Positions 27,709 through 38,026 of a stretch of DNA of 64,000 bases are shown here, in pieces. Both the position numbers and the translations under genes were made by a program. The first letter of the stretch is position 1; each line of letters opens with the position of its first letter. The notes beneath the pieces were generated by a model. The model did no database searches, was not told the origin of the DNA, and worked only from the letters and a program-made list of their open reading frames with translations. This DNA comes from Minisyncoccota bacterium (GTDB taxonomy: Bacteria; Patescibacteriota; Minisyncoccia; Moranbacterales; GCA-2747515), in NCBI GenBank assembly GCA_937936355.1, contig CALDDM010000002.1, forward strand, positions 17,156-81,155. The letters are read 5' to 3'.

Positions 27709-28521
27709 TTATAGCCTTTTTATCAAATCCTTCCATTGCTGCATACTCATCTCCTGCGCACGAGCCTCATGCACGATATTTAGCTCAGTAAAAAATTTCT
27801 GTAGCTGTTCCTTCGGAATCCCCAAGGAGTTACTTAAGTTGCTTACTACCTTCTTTCGCTTTGCACTAAATCCTGCGCGCAGTACGCGAAAGAATGCCTT
27901 TGTAGACTCTGGCGTGCACCCTCCATACGACTTGATATCGCTTACATGCAGTACAGCACTATCTACTTGTGGCACTGGATCGAAAGCTTCTGCTGGAACT
28001 GTCAGCACGATATCTGGTTGTCCAAAGTACTGAACAGAAAGACTGAGCAGCGTATGATTACCTGACCGTGCGATAATCCTTTGCGCAACTTCCTTTTGTA
28101 CCATTATTGTCATTTCTTTTGGTGGTAACTGCGACTCGAGAAAAATCCTAATAATCATCGATGTAATGTAATATGGCAAGTTTGCGACGACTTTGTACGT
28201 CGCAATATTATTGTCAGCTAAAAATTGTGGTACGTTAAACATGCGAATATCCTCGTGGAGAAGCGTCAGATTCTCGTGACCATCAAATCTCTTGCGCAGA
28301 GTTGGTATCAGGTCACCATCTGTTTCAATGGCAACCACGTGAACACCTGTCTCAAGCAATCTCTGCGTCAGTGCACCGTCACCTGGCCCCACTTCAAAGA
28401 CCACATCGCTACAGTCTAGACTTGCTGCTATTATTATCTCTTCAATCACACCCTCATCCCTAAGGAAGTTTTGTCCCAAACTTTTCTTGAGTGATTTTTT
28501 TTGCCCTTTCTTTTTTTGCAT
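27709..28521 (-). CDS. rsmA: 16S rRNA (adenine1518/1519-N6)-dimethyltransferase
   Basis: LGQNFLRDEGVIEEII...VFEVGPGDGALTQRLL, a KsgA SAM-binding N-terminus. Confidence 0.85.
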   Translation of the reverse strand: MQKKKGQKKSLKKSLGQNFLRDEGVIEEIIIAASLDCSDVVFEVGPGDGALTQRLLETGVHVVAIETDGDLIPTLRKRFDGHENLTLLHEDIRMFNVPQFLADNNIATYKVVANLPYYITSMIIRIFLESQLPPKEMTIMVQKEVAQRIIARSGNHTLLSLSVQYFGQPDIVLTVPAEAFDPVPQVDSAVLHVSDIKSYGGCTPESTKAFFRVLRAGFSAKRKKVVSNLSNSLGIPKEQLQKFFTELNIVHEARAQEMSMQQWKDLIKRL

Positions 28522-28900
28522 AGTTTTCTAGTATAGACCCAACCTACCACACAGCATGGATAATGACAAAGTTTACTTTTTTCCTTCAGTTCCTTGCGCT
28601 ATACTTTTAGCATATATCTGATAATCAGAATAAGTTCTTCGACACGATTTATCATCCTACCCCACCCTTATCGCGACGCACCTCATAGAGCTTCTCATTT
28701 CGAGACCTGCGTGTTCTCAATTGGCTCTACAGTATTGTAAGACTTTTTACTTTCGTGCATTTTACCTTATGTAATTCATCTAGTATCTACATCTTGGCAT
28801 CTACATACACCATCTCGTATCAAAAAAGCACCATACTCCATGATGCGCTCTTGGTTTCGTCGAAAGCTCGTTTTCTGAGCTTTCGACTTTTTGTGACAAT

Positions 28901-29248
28901 TTAATTGCTCACCTCTTCCCAGACAAGATATCCATCACTTGTCACTGTAAATTTCCACCGCATACCGACTGGTTGAAACTCGTTGTTTTCGTCAAGATTA
29001 ATTGGCTTTGTAAGCCAAAATTTTTCTCGCGATTTATTATAGTATGCAATGACAACAATGTATTTGTTACCTTGCACTACCACTTCGTAGTATTTTTTTT
29101 CACAATCAGGTGCCTCAGAAGTTTTTTTGCCATTCACTGCACTGCAGTCATTGACTTCCACACTTTTCGCCTTGTTCTGAGCACCCACATTACTTCCATA
29201 CAGGCTAAGAAATAATGCTATTGCAACCTTATAAAGAGTCTTGCTCAT
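28901..29248 (-). CDS. Small secreted hypothetical protein (signal peptide)
   Basis: MSKTLYKVAIALFLSLYGSNVGA signal; 115 aa. Confidence 0.4.
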   Translation of the reverse strand: MSKTLYKVAIALFLSLYGSNVGAQNKAKSVEVNDCSAVNGKKTSEAPDCEKKYYEVVVQGNKYIVVIAYYNKSREKFWLTKPINLDENNEFQPVGMRWKFTVTSDGYLVWEEVSN

Positions 29249-29458
29249 TTTTGGTTTACCCTTATTGCTCGTCCAGATTGACCAATATACTTTAGACCAT
29301 ATCCTTTATTTTGTCTAGCTCATTGTTCCAATGTGCCTATCTATCTTTGCACCCCCTCTGACGATGAATTTTATATTGCCCCCCCCTTTTTTTTCTTGTG
29401 ACAAAAACCTCATACAAGCGACTTACGCCTTTTTTGTATGAGGTTTGAATAGCCCTAT

Positions 29459-30049
29459 CTAAGCTTTTATTATTTCAATTTTCCTTGCGTGCCCTGTGAG
29501 CAGTGCAATTGTTTCCAGTACTAGTCTTGTGTATTGATCATCACTCATGCCAATAAGTCTTTTTGCGGCGCGTGAGTGCGTATCATCTTCTCGATGTATC
29601 ACCGTTTCCCAGTCAATTTCTGTGAGATTTCCGCAGATTCGCATGCTAGTGCTCAACATAATATGTCCCCCTAATTCAGGCGGACCTTCGATTACTGCAC
29701 ACTTATTCTGGTTATCAGACTCACGCACTGCCCCACCCCATATAGCAGGTGGTTGACGCACCTCAAGGCTACTTAAGATTTTCGAATGGGACTCCAACGC
29801 AATGGTCATGCGTTGTGCTTTCTCCTCAGACTTACTCTGATTAGGTAGCTCTCCAAATATGAACTGTGATTTGGACTTTTCCATGTCATACCCCGCTATT
29901 TGAAGGAGCATTCCTCGGTGATTGAAATTGCCTGCATAGACGTGTGTTTCCACTTCGGCGCCGTATTGGGCCCACGGAATGCTCTTGATGTCTGGCCAGG
30001 CAGAAGTAAAAAGTCGTCGCATCTTTTGCGGATACTCGCTATTATTCAT
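29459..30049 (-). CDS. Hypothetical protein (196 aa)
   Basis: Protein-like ORF, no motif recognised. Confidence 0.4.
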   Translation of the reverse strand: MNNSEYPQKMRRLFTSAWPDIKSIPWAQYGAEVETHVYAGNFNHRGMLLQIAGYDMEKSKSQFIFGELPNQSKSEEKAQRMTIALESHSKILSSLEVRQPPAIWGGAVRESDNQNKCAVIEGPPELGGHIMLSTSMRICGNLTEIDWETVIHREDDTHSRAAKRLIGMSDDQYTRLVLETIALLTGHARKIEIIKA

Positions 30050-30151
30050 GAAAGCTCCTCGGCTTGCTGTAGGGTTTGAATGTTTGAAAGGTACTTCATT
30101 TGGGTATCACAATAGCACAACTGGTCCCTTTTTTCAATGCGTGTTGTTTTT

Positions 30152-31678
30152 TTACTCAGTTTTTGTTCTATACTGAATTGCTTCCGCTATGTGTTGCTTT
30201 TGGACATGGTCTTTTCCTGCGAGATCTGCAATCGTGCGTGCTAGCTTGATGATGCGATGGTATGCTCGTGCAGAGAAGTTGAGTTTCTCAGCAGCGCTCC
30301 GCAGAAGTGCTTCACTTTCAGTATCGAGAGGTGCACAGGTCTTGATTTCGCGTGTACTCATCTGAGCGTTTGTCATCGTTGTCGTATCAGCAAAGCGAGT
30401 GCCTTGCATGTCGCGGGCGCGGTCAACGCGATCCCTAATACTCTCACTTGACTCACCGTCCTTTGCATCCTCTAATTTATTGATATGAATTCTTGGGACC
30501 TCTACATGCATGTCGATTCTGTCGAGAATTGGCCCAGATATTTTCTTGGTATATCTTGCAACTTGTGACGGAGTGCATGTACACGCTTTGTCAGGATCGG
30601 TCACAAATCCACATGGACATGGATTCATTGCCGCGATGAGAATGAAGTCTGCTGGGAAGGTGAGTGTGCCTTTTGCCCGAGAGACGGTGACAATACCATC
30701 TTCCAATGGTTGGCGGAGATTCTCTATAACGTTTCTGGGAAATTCTGCAAACTCGTCAAGAAACAGTACGCCTCTGTGTGCGAGCGATATCTCTCCAGGT
30801 CGTGGACTTGTTCCGCCACCTATGAGTGAAACACTGCTTGCGCTGTTGTGTGGTGCGCGGAATGGTCTCTGTGCAATCAACCGCCTCTCTTGACCAAGTA
30901 AGCCTGCTATGGAATATATTTTGGTGACTTCAAGCGCCTCGCTCATCGTTAGCTTTGGTAAGAGGGAGACAAATGTCTTTGCGAGGAGAGTCTTACCAGA
31001 ACCTGGTGGCCCATTAAAGAGTATGTTGTGGCCACCTGCAGCAGCAATCTCTAGGGCACGTTTAGCATGCTCATGACCTTTGACATCACGCATATCAAGT
31101 GGCGTCTCTGTGTGAGAAAATAACTCCGCAGATGTTATAGGTTTAGCTGACGTGATTTGCACCCTTCCACTCAAATGATCTGAGAGTGACAGTAGATCTT
31201 TAATGCCGGTGACCTGGATTCCTTGTACGACTGCAGCTTCGTCAATGTTTTCCTCTGGAACAAAAATTTCACTATAACCCTTTTCTTTGGCAAAAAGGGT
31301 GATGGGCAAAATCCCATTAACTGGCCTGATGATCCCATCAAGTGCCAGCTCTCCAACAAATATTTTTCCTTGCGGATTAAAGTTAAGTTGTTCGGTAGCT
31401 GCGAGAAATCCAAGTGCGATAGGCACATCATAGATCGGACTTGCTTTCGGTAGATCAGCAGGTGCTAGATTGACTGTTATGCGTCCACATTGGTGTGGTG
31501 GCTTGAAGCCACTGTTTTTTATGGCGCTACTTACACGTTCTCGAGACTCTCTTACGGCGACGTCTGGCAGTCCGACAAGTGTAAAATTATGCAAGCCACC
31601 AGAAAGCACATCTACCTCCACCTCCACTGGCGCACCAGACAATCCAATTGTAGCTGCTGAGAAGATTTTTGATGACAT
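30152..31678 (-). CDS. comM: Mg-chelatase-like AAA+ protein, ComM/YifB family
   Basis: N-terminus MSSKIFSAATIGLSGAPVEVEVDV...; Walker A GPPGSGKT; Lon-like N-domain. Confidence 0.85.
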   Translation of the reverse strand: MSSKIFSAATIGLSGAPVEVEVDVLSGGLHNFTLVGLPDVAVRESRERVSSAIKNSGFKPPHQCGRITVNLAPADLPKASPIYDVPIALGFLAATEQLNFNPQGKIFVGELALDGIIRPVNGILPITLFAKEKGYSEIFVPEENIDEAAVVQGIQVTGIKDLLSLSDHLSGRVQITSAKPITSAELFSHTETPLDMRDVKGHEHAKRALEIAAAGGHNILFNGPPGSGKTLLAKTFVSLLPKLTMSEALEVTKIYSIAGLLGQERRLIAQRPFRAPHNSASSVSLIGGGTSPRPGEISLAHRGVLFLDEFAEFPRNVIENLRQPLEDGIVTVSRAKGTLTFPADFILIAAMNPCPCGFVTDPDKACTCTPSQVARYTKKISGPILDRIDMHVEVPRIHINKLEDAKDGESSESIRDRVDRARDMQGTRFADTTTMTNAQMSTREIKTCAPLDTESEALLRSAAEKLNFSARAYHRIIKLARTIADLAGKDHVQKQHIAEAIQYRTKTE

Positions 31679-31736
31679 GTGCGAATACTTTAGTAGTAAT
31701 TACAACTGCCTTACCAGAAAACATTCAATTATCCTC

Positions 31737-32168
31737 CTAAACATCATCCGTGTCAAATTTATCCCCCCTCTTTCCTGAGCAAAAAATGACAAGAGCAGCC
31801 CCACAGAAGATTGCTGTGTCTGCAAGATTGAAACTATTCCACGACACAAGTGATATGTAGTCAATCACGCACCCATGGATTAGCCTATCGACCATGTTCG
31901 CCATGCCTCCACTGACAATAAGCCATAGCCCCATGCGTTTAAGCCGAGAGTCCTCCCCCTTTCCTGTGATCAGAAGAAAAGTGACAAAGAGCATCACACC
32001 ACTCCACAAGAGCACAAAAAATGTCTGTGGTAATACAATGCCAAAAGCGATCCCTGGATTACAATGCACATCCAGCGCACTCCCTGCAATTACGTAGTTT
32101 ATACTTATTAGGAGTCCTACAAAAAGGCCGCTTAGCACTATTTCGAGCATGTAGTCAGTTTTCTTCAT
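31737..32168 (-). CDS. lspA: Lipoprotein signal peptidase II
   Basis: 4-TM 143-aa protein with NSFNLADTAIFCGAALVIF and MANMVDRL motifs typical of LspA. Confidence 0.65.
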   Translation of the reverse strand: MKKTDYMLEIVLSGLFVGLLISINYVIAGSALDVHCNPGIAFGIVLPQTFFVLLWSGVMLFVTFLLITGKGEDSRLKRMGLWLIVSGGMANMVDRLIHGCVIDYISLVSWNSFNLADTAIFCGAALVIFCSGKRGDKFDTDDV

Positions 32169-32197
32169 TTCCTTCTTTATGGTTAGCTTGTTGTCAA

Positions 32198-32626
32198 TTA
32201 GTAGAAAATATTCTTGAGGTGATTTATTTTTGGTTTTTCACTGCCTGCTTTGTATAGCACCGTGATCGCATCTATGCGCCATACTGCATCCCACAATCCC
32301 TTTTGTGTGATGTACTTTTGTGCAACACGATTAATTTTTTCAATCTTTTTTCTTGTGATTTGCTCTTCAGGTAGTATGACGTTCCCAAGACCTTTTTCTC
32401 TTTTACTAATTGCCCGCGATTTTACCTCAATAAATACTATTTCCTTGTCTTTTTTTGCAATGATGTCAATCTCACCAAGGCGCTTAGCTCCACTGTTGTA
32501 CCAGTTAAAATCAACCACTTCATACCCAGAATCTCGAAGGTACCCTGCTGCATCATTCTCACCTCGCCCGCCTATGCCTTTCTGATTTGAGGCTTTGGCA
32601 CTCACTTTTTTGAATGGAATCCACAT
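32198..32626 (-). CDS. yraN: YraN/UPF0102 family endonuclease
   Basis: GENDAAGYLRDSGYEVVDFNW...GEIDIIAKKDKEIVFIEVKSR matches the UPF0102 signature. Confidence 0.75.
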   Translation of the reverse strand: MWIPFKKVSAKASNQKGIGGRGENDAAGYLRDSGYEVVDFNWYNSGAKRLGEIDIIAKKDKEIVFIEVKSRAISKREKGLGNVILPEEQITRKKIEKINRVAQKYITQKGLWDAVWRIDAITVLYKAGSEKPKINHLKNIFY

Positions 32627-32666
32627 GAATCAACTATATCATACTCAGCGTGTGGTTTTTGAACAC

Positions 32667-32705
32667 AAAAAATCCCTCTTGAGACTTCTCTCAAAGGGAT
32701 TTTTT
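32667..32705. terminator. Strong bidirectional terminator-like hairpin upstream of the yraN start
   Basis: aaaaaatccctcttgagacttctctcaaagggatttttt. Confidence 0.5.
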
Positions 32706-33699
32706 GGACTTCATTTATGCATGAGCAGATCACTTACCAGTGAAACATTTCTTGCAGAAATGGGTCCACTGGGCACGTGAGCCCAAAGTATATATATGGC
32801 TCGTGCCGCAATGGTTGTCCGGTTGAACAGACACGTCACTCTCTAAGTCATTATTTCCGGGTGAAAAAACAATGGTTAGGGTATTGTAGCAATGTACAAT
32901 GTTGCGTGAATTTTCAACAGACTTTTCTCATGGTTTCATCATGATACTTCTTCTTTCCGAATCAAGGACTGTGTCCCTTTGCTCTCAAGGAGCTTTAATT
33001 AAGGTACTGGTTACAAATTCATGTAAAGCTTTTTTTATTTTTGTTTTGCTTTTTGTCGAAGATGATACTTCGGATGGAAGTCCATCCGACTAGGTAGTAG
33101 ATCAACTATGCGCGATGCATATTGGATTGGTTACCTAGCGGATGAACCGCCACGTGATTTTGTTTTTGTTTTTTATGCGTGGTTTTGAAACGTATATTTC
33201 TTTGAAATAAAAACCGCACGAATAAAGCGGGTCAATAAACCCCCAATATTTTGATTCAGAGAGAAGTGTTTCCAACCATAAATAGGGGGTAATTATGATT
33301 GGAAACACTTCCTCCGATTCTTTTTGTTAATGATCTTGCTCTTTGTATACTGTCTAAGGTTTTTGTTTGGTGTTGCCTCTGTCTCAACCTTATAGAACCA
33401 TTATAGCAAGAATTTTACACTTGGTCAATGTGACTTGTCTTTTTTTGTTTTAAACACTAGCGTTTTTGATTATTTTCTTTCTCTTGCACGCCTCTCTTAA
33501 CTTTTATACTTTTATTTTTCTTTTTATAAAGTAAATTCCTTTTCTATTTTCACCCACTCTTTTGTGTTTTTTCTTTTTTTATAAACAGGTTGTGCACAGA
33601 TTTTCTCATTTACACATCTTCTTTGCCCTTATAATTTGATTCTGATTTTCACACTTGCATGAGAATGTAAAAGCCTCACAAATTGCGAGGCTTTCTAGA

Positions 33700-35535
33700 C
33701 TAGAGCGTTGATGGGGCATTAAAGATTTCTGTGTTTGTATCAGTCGGTCCCGTTTGCTGTGAGCCTTCCGCTACGTCACTTCCCTGTCCAACACCCTGGG
33801 CGGTTATCTCATCTTGATCATAGCGATCTAAAATAGTGCGCTGCGATAATTGGCTTGTTCCTATGTAAACATTTTTATCTGTGACCGTGTAGTCAATTGA
33901 GATTGATTCTGATTCTGTCATGTTCAGATACCGTACTACGTAGTCACCGTAAATGTTATCACTAAATGATCCAAGTGGAGACTTGAATGGAATCTCTGGA
34001 TAAAAGGCCTGCGCCAAGTTTGGCATTGATGGCTCTGCTGCAAGTAGCGCAGATCGCATCTCCTGTTCTTTGTCTGCCTCGATGCCTAATCCTAGGCCAA
34101 ACCGCACCTCGCCATTGTCTGGGACCGCATAGATCTTGAATGCATCACTTGCCGCATCTAGTATAGACTGGTCTAGTGCTGTCTCTGTGAGAAATACGAA
34201 TGACTCAAGTGTTATGGGATTTCCAGCTGCATCGGTAACCAAGAATTCCACTGGTAGCCGATCTTCTTGAATAGGTAGGTTCCTATTGATCTCGTCTATT
34301 TTTTGTGAGAAATCCTGTGCTGCGGTTGTGCCATCTGTGATCTCGATCGTATTTGGTAGCTCTGTACTATATTGCTTTATACTGTTCGAAGGTTTTTCTG
34401 GCTGCGTATCACCTGCTTCTTCTGGCAACTCTGTGTTTACCTGATCCTCGGTAAGATTAGTTGCCCCCTCCTCTTGTTTTTCATCTTTCTTCAGTAAATC
34501 TGCTATAAAACCTCCCTTTGTCTGCCATAGATACCACGCTAATATTGCACCACCGATCAAAAGTAATAATGTAGTAATACCTGCAATTATTTTTCCGATT
34601 TTTCTGGACGATGATTTGGCAGGGCTTGGCATTCCATCTATCTTTAACCCAGGTATATTTATGTCTTTGGAGCTTCCAATCTCAGCGCTGCGAAGTGCAT
34701 CATCTAAGGGACTAGGCTGGGACTTATTTTTTGCGGTCTTCCCAGTCTGTGGCATCTCTGAAACAAGCTTTTCAAATGCTGCGTCTGCATCCTTTTGGGA
34801 TTTTGTTCCTGCAGGTAACTGATCAGCAGCACCTTCTTTTGTAAAAAAACTTGTCTCTGGAGTGAATGATTCCTTCGGTGCTGCTTGCTGTGCAGCATTA
34901 TCCATCGTCGGTTGCTCAGGGCTCGCAAAAAATGGATTGTCTGCTTGACTGCTAGATGGTGTCATCATATCTTGCGTTTGTGTTTTGGCTCCTGGCAGAT
35001 CAGCACTTGCAAGCTTGGTGTTCTGATTGTTTGCAGCCGCGCCTGTGCGGTCTGTTTGTACGCCCATACTTACATTAGCAGCTATTTGATCTTTTGTAGC
35101 TAACTGTATTGGGTTTGCAACCTCTTGATTTGGCAATTTGCTATTGACACCCTGAGCAGATGGCTGACTTGTTGGCTGAACTGTGTTGGGTTGGGGTTGT
35201 GTTGTAGCTATGACTGGCTCTTGCACGTTCAAGAATGGACTTGCCTCTAGTTCTTGACTAGGCAGAGTACCCTTCACTGGTTGGTCAGCGGTCGCACCTA
35301 GATTGTTGACAGCCTGGGACTCTTCAACGTCTTTTTTCTTGCTTCTTCCGAAGAATCCTAACTTCTTCTCCTTGGGCTGTGTGTCCGTAGTGTGCTGATT
35401 ATTTGCCGTGCTAGATGTGGGAACAGCACCTTGCGTCAATGCTGCAATATCGTCTTGCATTGTGTGTACAAGCAGGTCGTCGCCAGACTGTTGAGCTTTC
35501 TTTTTAGGCGCCTTCTTTTTTTTAAGTCCAAACAT
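33700..35535 (-). CDS. Large low-complexity (Q/T/P/A-rich) single-pass membrane protein
   Basis: 611 aa: disordered N-terminal ~330 aa, TM helix (IIAGITTLLLLIGGAILAWYLW), globular C-terminal domain. Confidence 0.5.
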   Translation of the reverse strand: MFGLKKKKAPKKKAQQSGDDLLVHTMQDDIAALTQGAVPTSSTANNQHTTDTQPKEKKLGFFGRSKKKDVEESQAVNNLGATADQPVKGTLPSQELEASPFLNVQEPVIATTQPQPNTVQPTSQPSAQGVNSKLPNQEVANPIQLATKDQIAANVSMGVQTDRTGAAANNQNTKLASADLPGAKTQTQDMMTPSSSQADNPFFASPEQPTMDNAAQQAAPKESFTPETSFFTKEGAADQLPAGTKSQKDADAAFEKLVSEMPQTGKTAKNKSQPSPLDDALRSAEIGSSKDINIPGLKIDGMPSPAKSSSRKIGKIIAGITTLLLLIGGAILAWYLWQTKGGFIADLLKKDEKQEEGATNLTEDQVNTELPEEAGDTQPEKPSNSIKQYSTELPNTIEITDGTTAAQDFSQKIDEINRNLPIQEDRLPVEFLVTDAAGNPITLESFVFLTETALDQSILDAASDAFKIYAVPDNGEVRFGLGLGIEADKEQEMRSALLAAEPSMPNLAQAFYPEIPFKSPLGSFSDNIYGDYVVRYLNMTESESISIDYTVTDKNVYIGTSQLSQRTILDRYDQDEITAQGVGQGSDVAEGSQQTGPTDTNTEIFNAPSTL

Positions 35536-35684
35536 TTTTTCGTTTTGATTTTTATGAGGCCTTCGTTTTGCTGTGTTTTTGCATACCCCTTAGTGTATTG
35601 GAGTATTTTACAGACAAAGACACGATGTCATTTTCGTGTCTTTATTGTATCATATTTTATTGACTTGAGTTATAGCGTCTTTAC

Positions 35685-37844
35685 CTATAACTCTGGTATT
35701 GATGATGGCTTTTCTTTCAATGCTTTTATTGATAGATTTATCCTTCCCTTATCATCAATCTCTTTGACCTTCACGCGGACCTTATCTCCTGCCTTTACTA
35801 CATCAGTCACCTTTTCAACTCGCTTGTGATCTAATTCTGAGACATGCACAAGCCCATCTTGCCCTGGTAGTAACTCAACAAATGCCCCAAAGTCCATAAT
35901 GCGGACAACCTCTCCTTCGTAGATTTCACCGACCTCTACTGATTTAGTTAGGTTATTTATCCACTCCTGAGCTCGTGAGCCACCATCACCGTCAGGTGCT
36001 GTGATAAATACAGTTCCATCATCCTCTATATCGATGGATGCGCCTGTTTCGTCGATGATTTTGTTTATTGTCTCTCCGCCCTTACCGATTACATCTCTAA
36101 TCTTTTCTGGATCGATGATCATGGTAATAATACGTGGCGCGTATGGTGAAAGATCCTTGTTAGGCTGCGCTATCGTCTTTACCATCTCTCCGAGAATGTG
36201 TGCTCTTCCTGTATTTGCTTGTGTAATTGCTGCTTTGAGCATTTCCAAGGTTACACCGTCCAGCTTTACATCCATTTGTAGTGCTGTTATTCCCTTTTCG
36301 GATCCGGCGACCTTGAGATCCATGTCACCATAGTGATCTTCTGCGCCCTGTATGTCAGACAATACCTTGTAAGATCCGTCTGACCCTACAATCATACCCA
36401 TAGCTATACCACTCACTGGACGTTTAATTGGCACTCCTGCATGCATAAGCGATAGCGTTGACCCACATGTGCTAGCCATTGATGATGATCCATTTGACTC
36501 CATAACCTCTGATACAAGCAGTACGGTATATGGGAACTCTTCTTTGCTTGGGATCACAGGAACTAAGGCTTTTTCTGCAAGTGCACCGTGACCAATCTCC
36601 CTCCTTCCAGGTCCGCGGTTTGGTCGCACTTCTCCAACAGAATATGCAGGGAAGTTGTAGTGGTGAATATAATGTTTCTTGATGTCCACTTCCATCGTAT
36701 CGATAATTTGATGGTCTCCAGGGGCTCCGAGGGTCGTCACAGTTAGGACCTGTGTTTCACCACGTGTGAAAACGCCCGAGCCATGCGGTCGCGGAAGAAC
36801 ACCGATCTCGCATGTGATCGGTCTGATCTCATCTATCTTGCGGCCATCTGGTCTTTTTTCACTTTGTAAAATATTCTTGTGAACGATCTCATCAGCTATT
36901 TCGTCGAAGATTAGGTTAAATGCATCTTTGAACATGTCTGGTAGTGCATCGTTGTCGTCGAGAATCTTTTCTTCTACTTCCTTTTTCACCGCCTCTTGCA
37001 CCGTTGCAGTTTTTGTAGCAATCTCCTTTTTACTCCCATAAAGAGCGCCTTCAAGGCCTGATGCCTCAATGGTCTCTCTAATCATCTTCTCAACATCATC
37101 TTCGAGCTTGAGCAAGAATGGCTCAGCCTTCTCCCTGCCTGCCTCATCTCGGATTTTTTCTATGAAGGCTGCGATCTCTTTTATGACACTATGCCCAAGT
37201 TCGAACGCTTTTTGAAGATCTGCATCTGTTATCTCTTGTGCGCCGGCTTCAATCATGTTGATCTTGTCTTTCGTGCCTGCAAGCGTGAGATTGAGTGTAC
37301 TTTTCTCCAACTCTGACTTTGTTGGGTTCACAACCAGCTCTCCGTCGATCATGCCGATGCGAACTGCAGCAACCGGACCACCCCATGGTATATCACTTGT
37401 ATGCAGGGCTGCAGATGCAGCTATTACACTTATGACGTCTGGATCATTCTCCCCATCGAATGAATGAGCTGTAACGACGACCTGCGTGTCGTTGCGCATC
37501 CTCCCGTTAAAAAGTGGCCTAATTGTTCGATCGACGACACGTCCTGCTAGAACTGCTTCATCACTTGGTCGACCCTCTCGCTTAATGAATCGTGATCCTT
37601 TTATCTTTCCCGCAGCGTAATATCGCTCTTCATAATCTACCATGAGTGGGAAGTAGTGTGTCACAAAGCCAATACCAGCACTCATTGTTGCTGTTGCAAG
37701 CATCTGCGTATCACCATATCGAACACTTACTGCGCCATTTGCTTGCTTTGCCCAATGCCCTGTTTTAAAGGTCATTGATCGACCCGCTACATCGAGGGTC
37801 CATGTTTTTGCTGCCATATATTTAAAAAGGTTTGCGCTTGCCAT
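35685..37844 (-). CDS. pnp: Polyribonucleotide nucleotidyltransferase (PNPase)
   Basis: Two RNase PH domains, KH (IRDVIGKGGETINKI) and S1 C-terminal domains; rpsO directly upstream. Confidence 0.9.
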   Translation of the reverse strand: MASANLFKYMAAKTWTLDVAGRSMTFKTGHWAKQANGAVSVRYGDTQMLATATMSAGIGFVTHYFPLMVDYEERYYAAGKIKGSRFIKREGRPSDEAVLAGRVVDRTIRPLFNGRMRNDTQVVVTAHSFDGENDPDVISVIAASAALHTSDIPWGGPVAAVRIGMIDGELVVNPTKSELEKSTLNLTLAGTKDKINMIEAGAQEITDADLQKAFELGHSVIKEIAAFIEKIRDEAGREKAEPFLLKLEDDVEKMIRETIEASGLEGALYGSKKEIATKTATVQEAVKKEVEEKILDDNDALPDMFKDAFNLIFDEIADEIVHKNILQSEKRPDGRKIDEIRPITCEIGVLPRPHGSGVFTRGETQVLTVTTLGAPGDHQIIDTMEVDIKKHYIHHYNFPAYSVGEVRPNRGPGRREIGHGALAEKALVPVIPSKEEFPYTVLLVSEVMESNGSSSMASTCGSTLSLMHAGVPIKRPVSGIAMGMIVGSDGSYKVLSDIQGAEDHYGDMDLKVAGSEKGITALQMDVKLDGVTLEMLKAAITQANTGRAHILGEMVKTIAQPNKDLSPYAPRIITMIIDPEKIRDVIGKGGETINKIIDETGASIDIEDDGTVFITAPDGDGGSRAQEWINNLTKSVEVGEIYEGEVVRIMDFGAFVELLPGQDGLVHVSELDHKRVEKVTDVVKAGDKVRVKVKEIDDKGRINLSIKALKEKPSSIPEL

Positions 37845-38026
37845 AGCCTACAAATCTACACTTATACTTGCTAACGTTTTTATATATGTAGCAATCATAA
37901 ATGTACACTCGTAAAGCATTTTAGCTTATACACTTCCCTTATTATAAGTTATTTGCCCAATTAAAATGAGCCGTACCACAAGTGTGACAGGGCTCATTAC
38001 TTTTGTCAATTTGTTGTCACTGACAA

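Noticed and set aside
32627-33699. RNase P RNA, tmRNA or SRP RNA in the ORF-free kilobase
   Set aside because: I looked on both strands for the P4/CR motifs (AGGAAAGUCC, GGUAAGAGC, CCGGCUUA), the tmRNA T-arm/tag and the SRP domain IV motif, and found no convincing matches. The region is left as an unassigned candidate ncRNA locus only.
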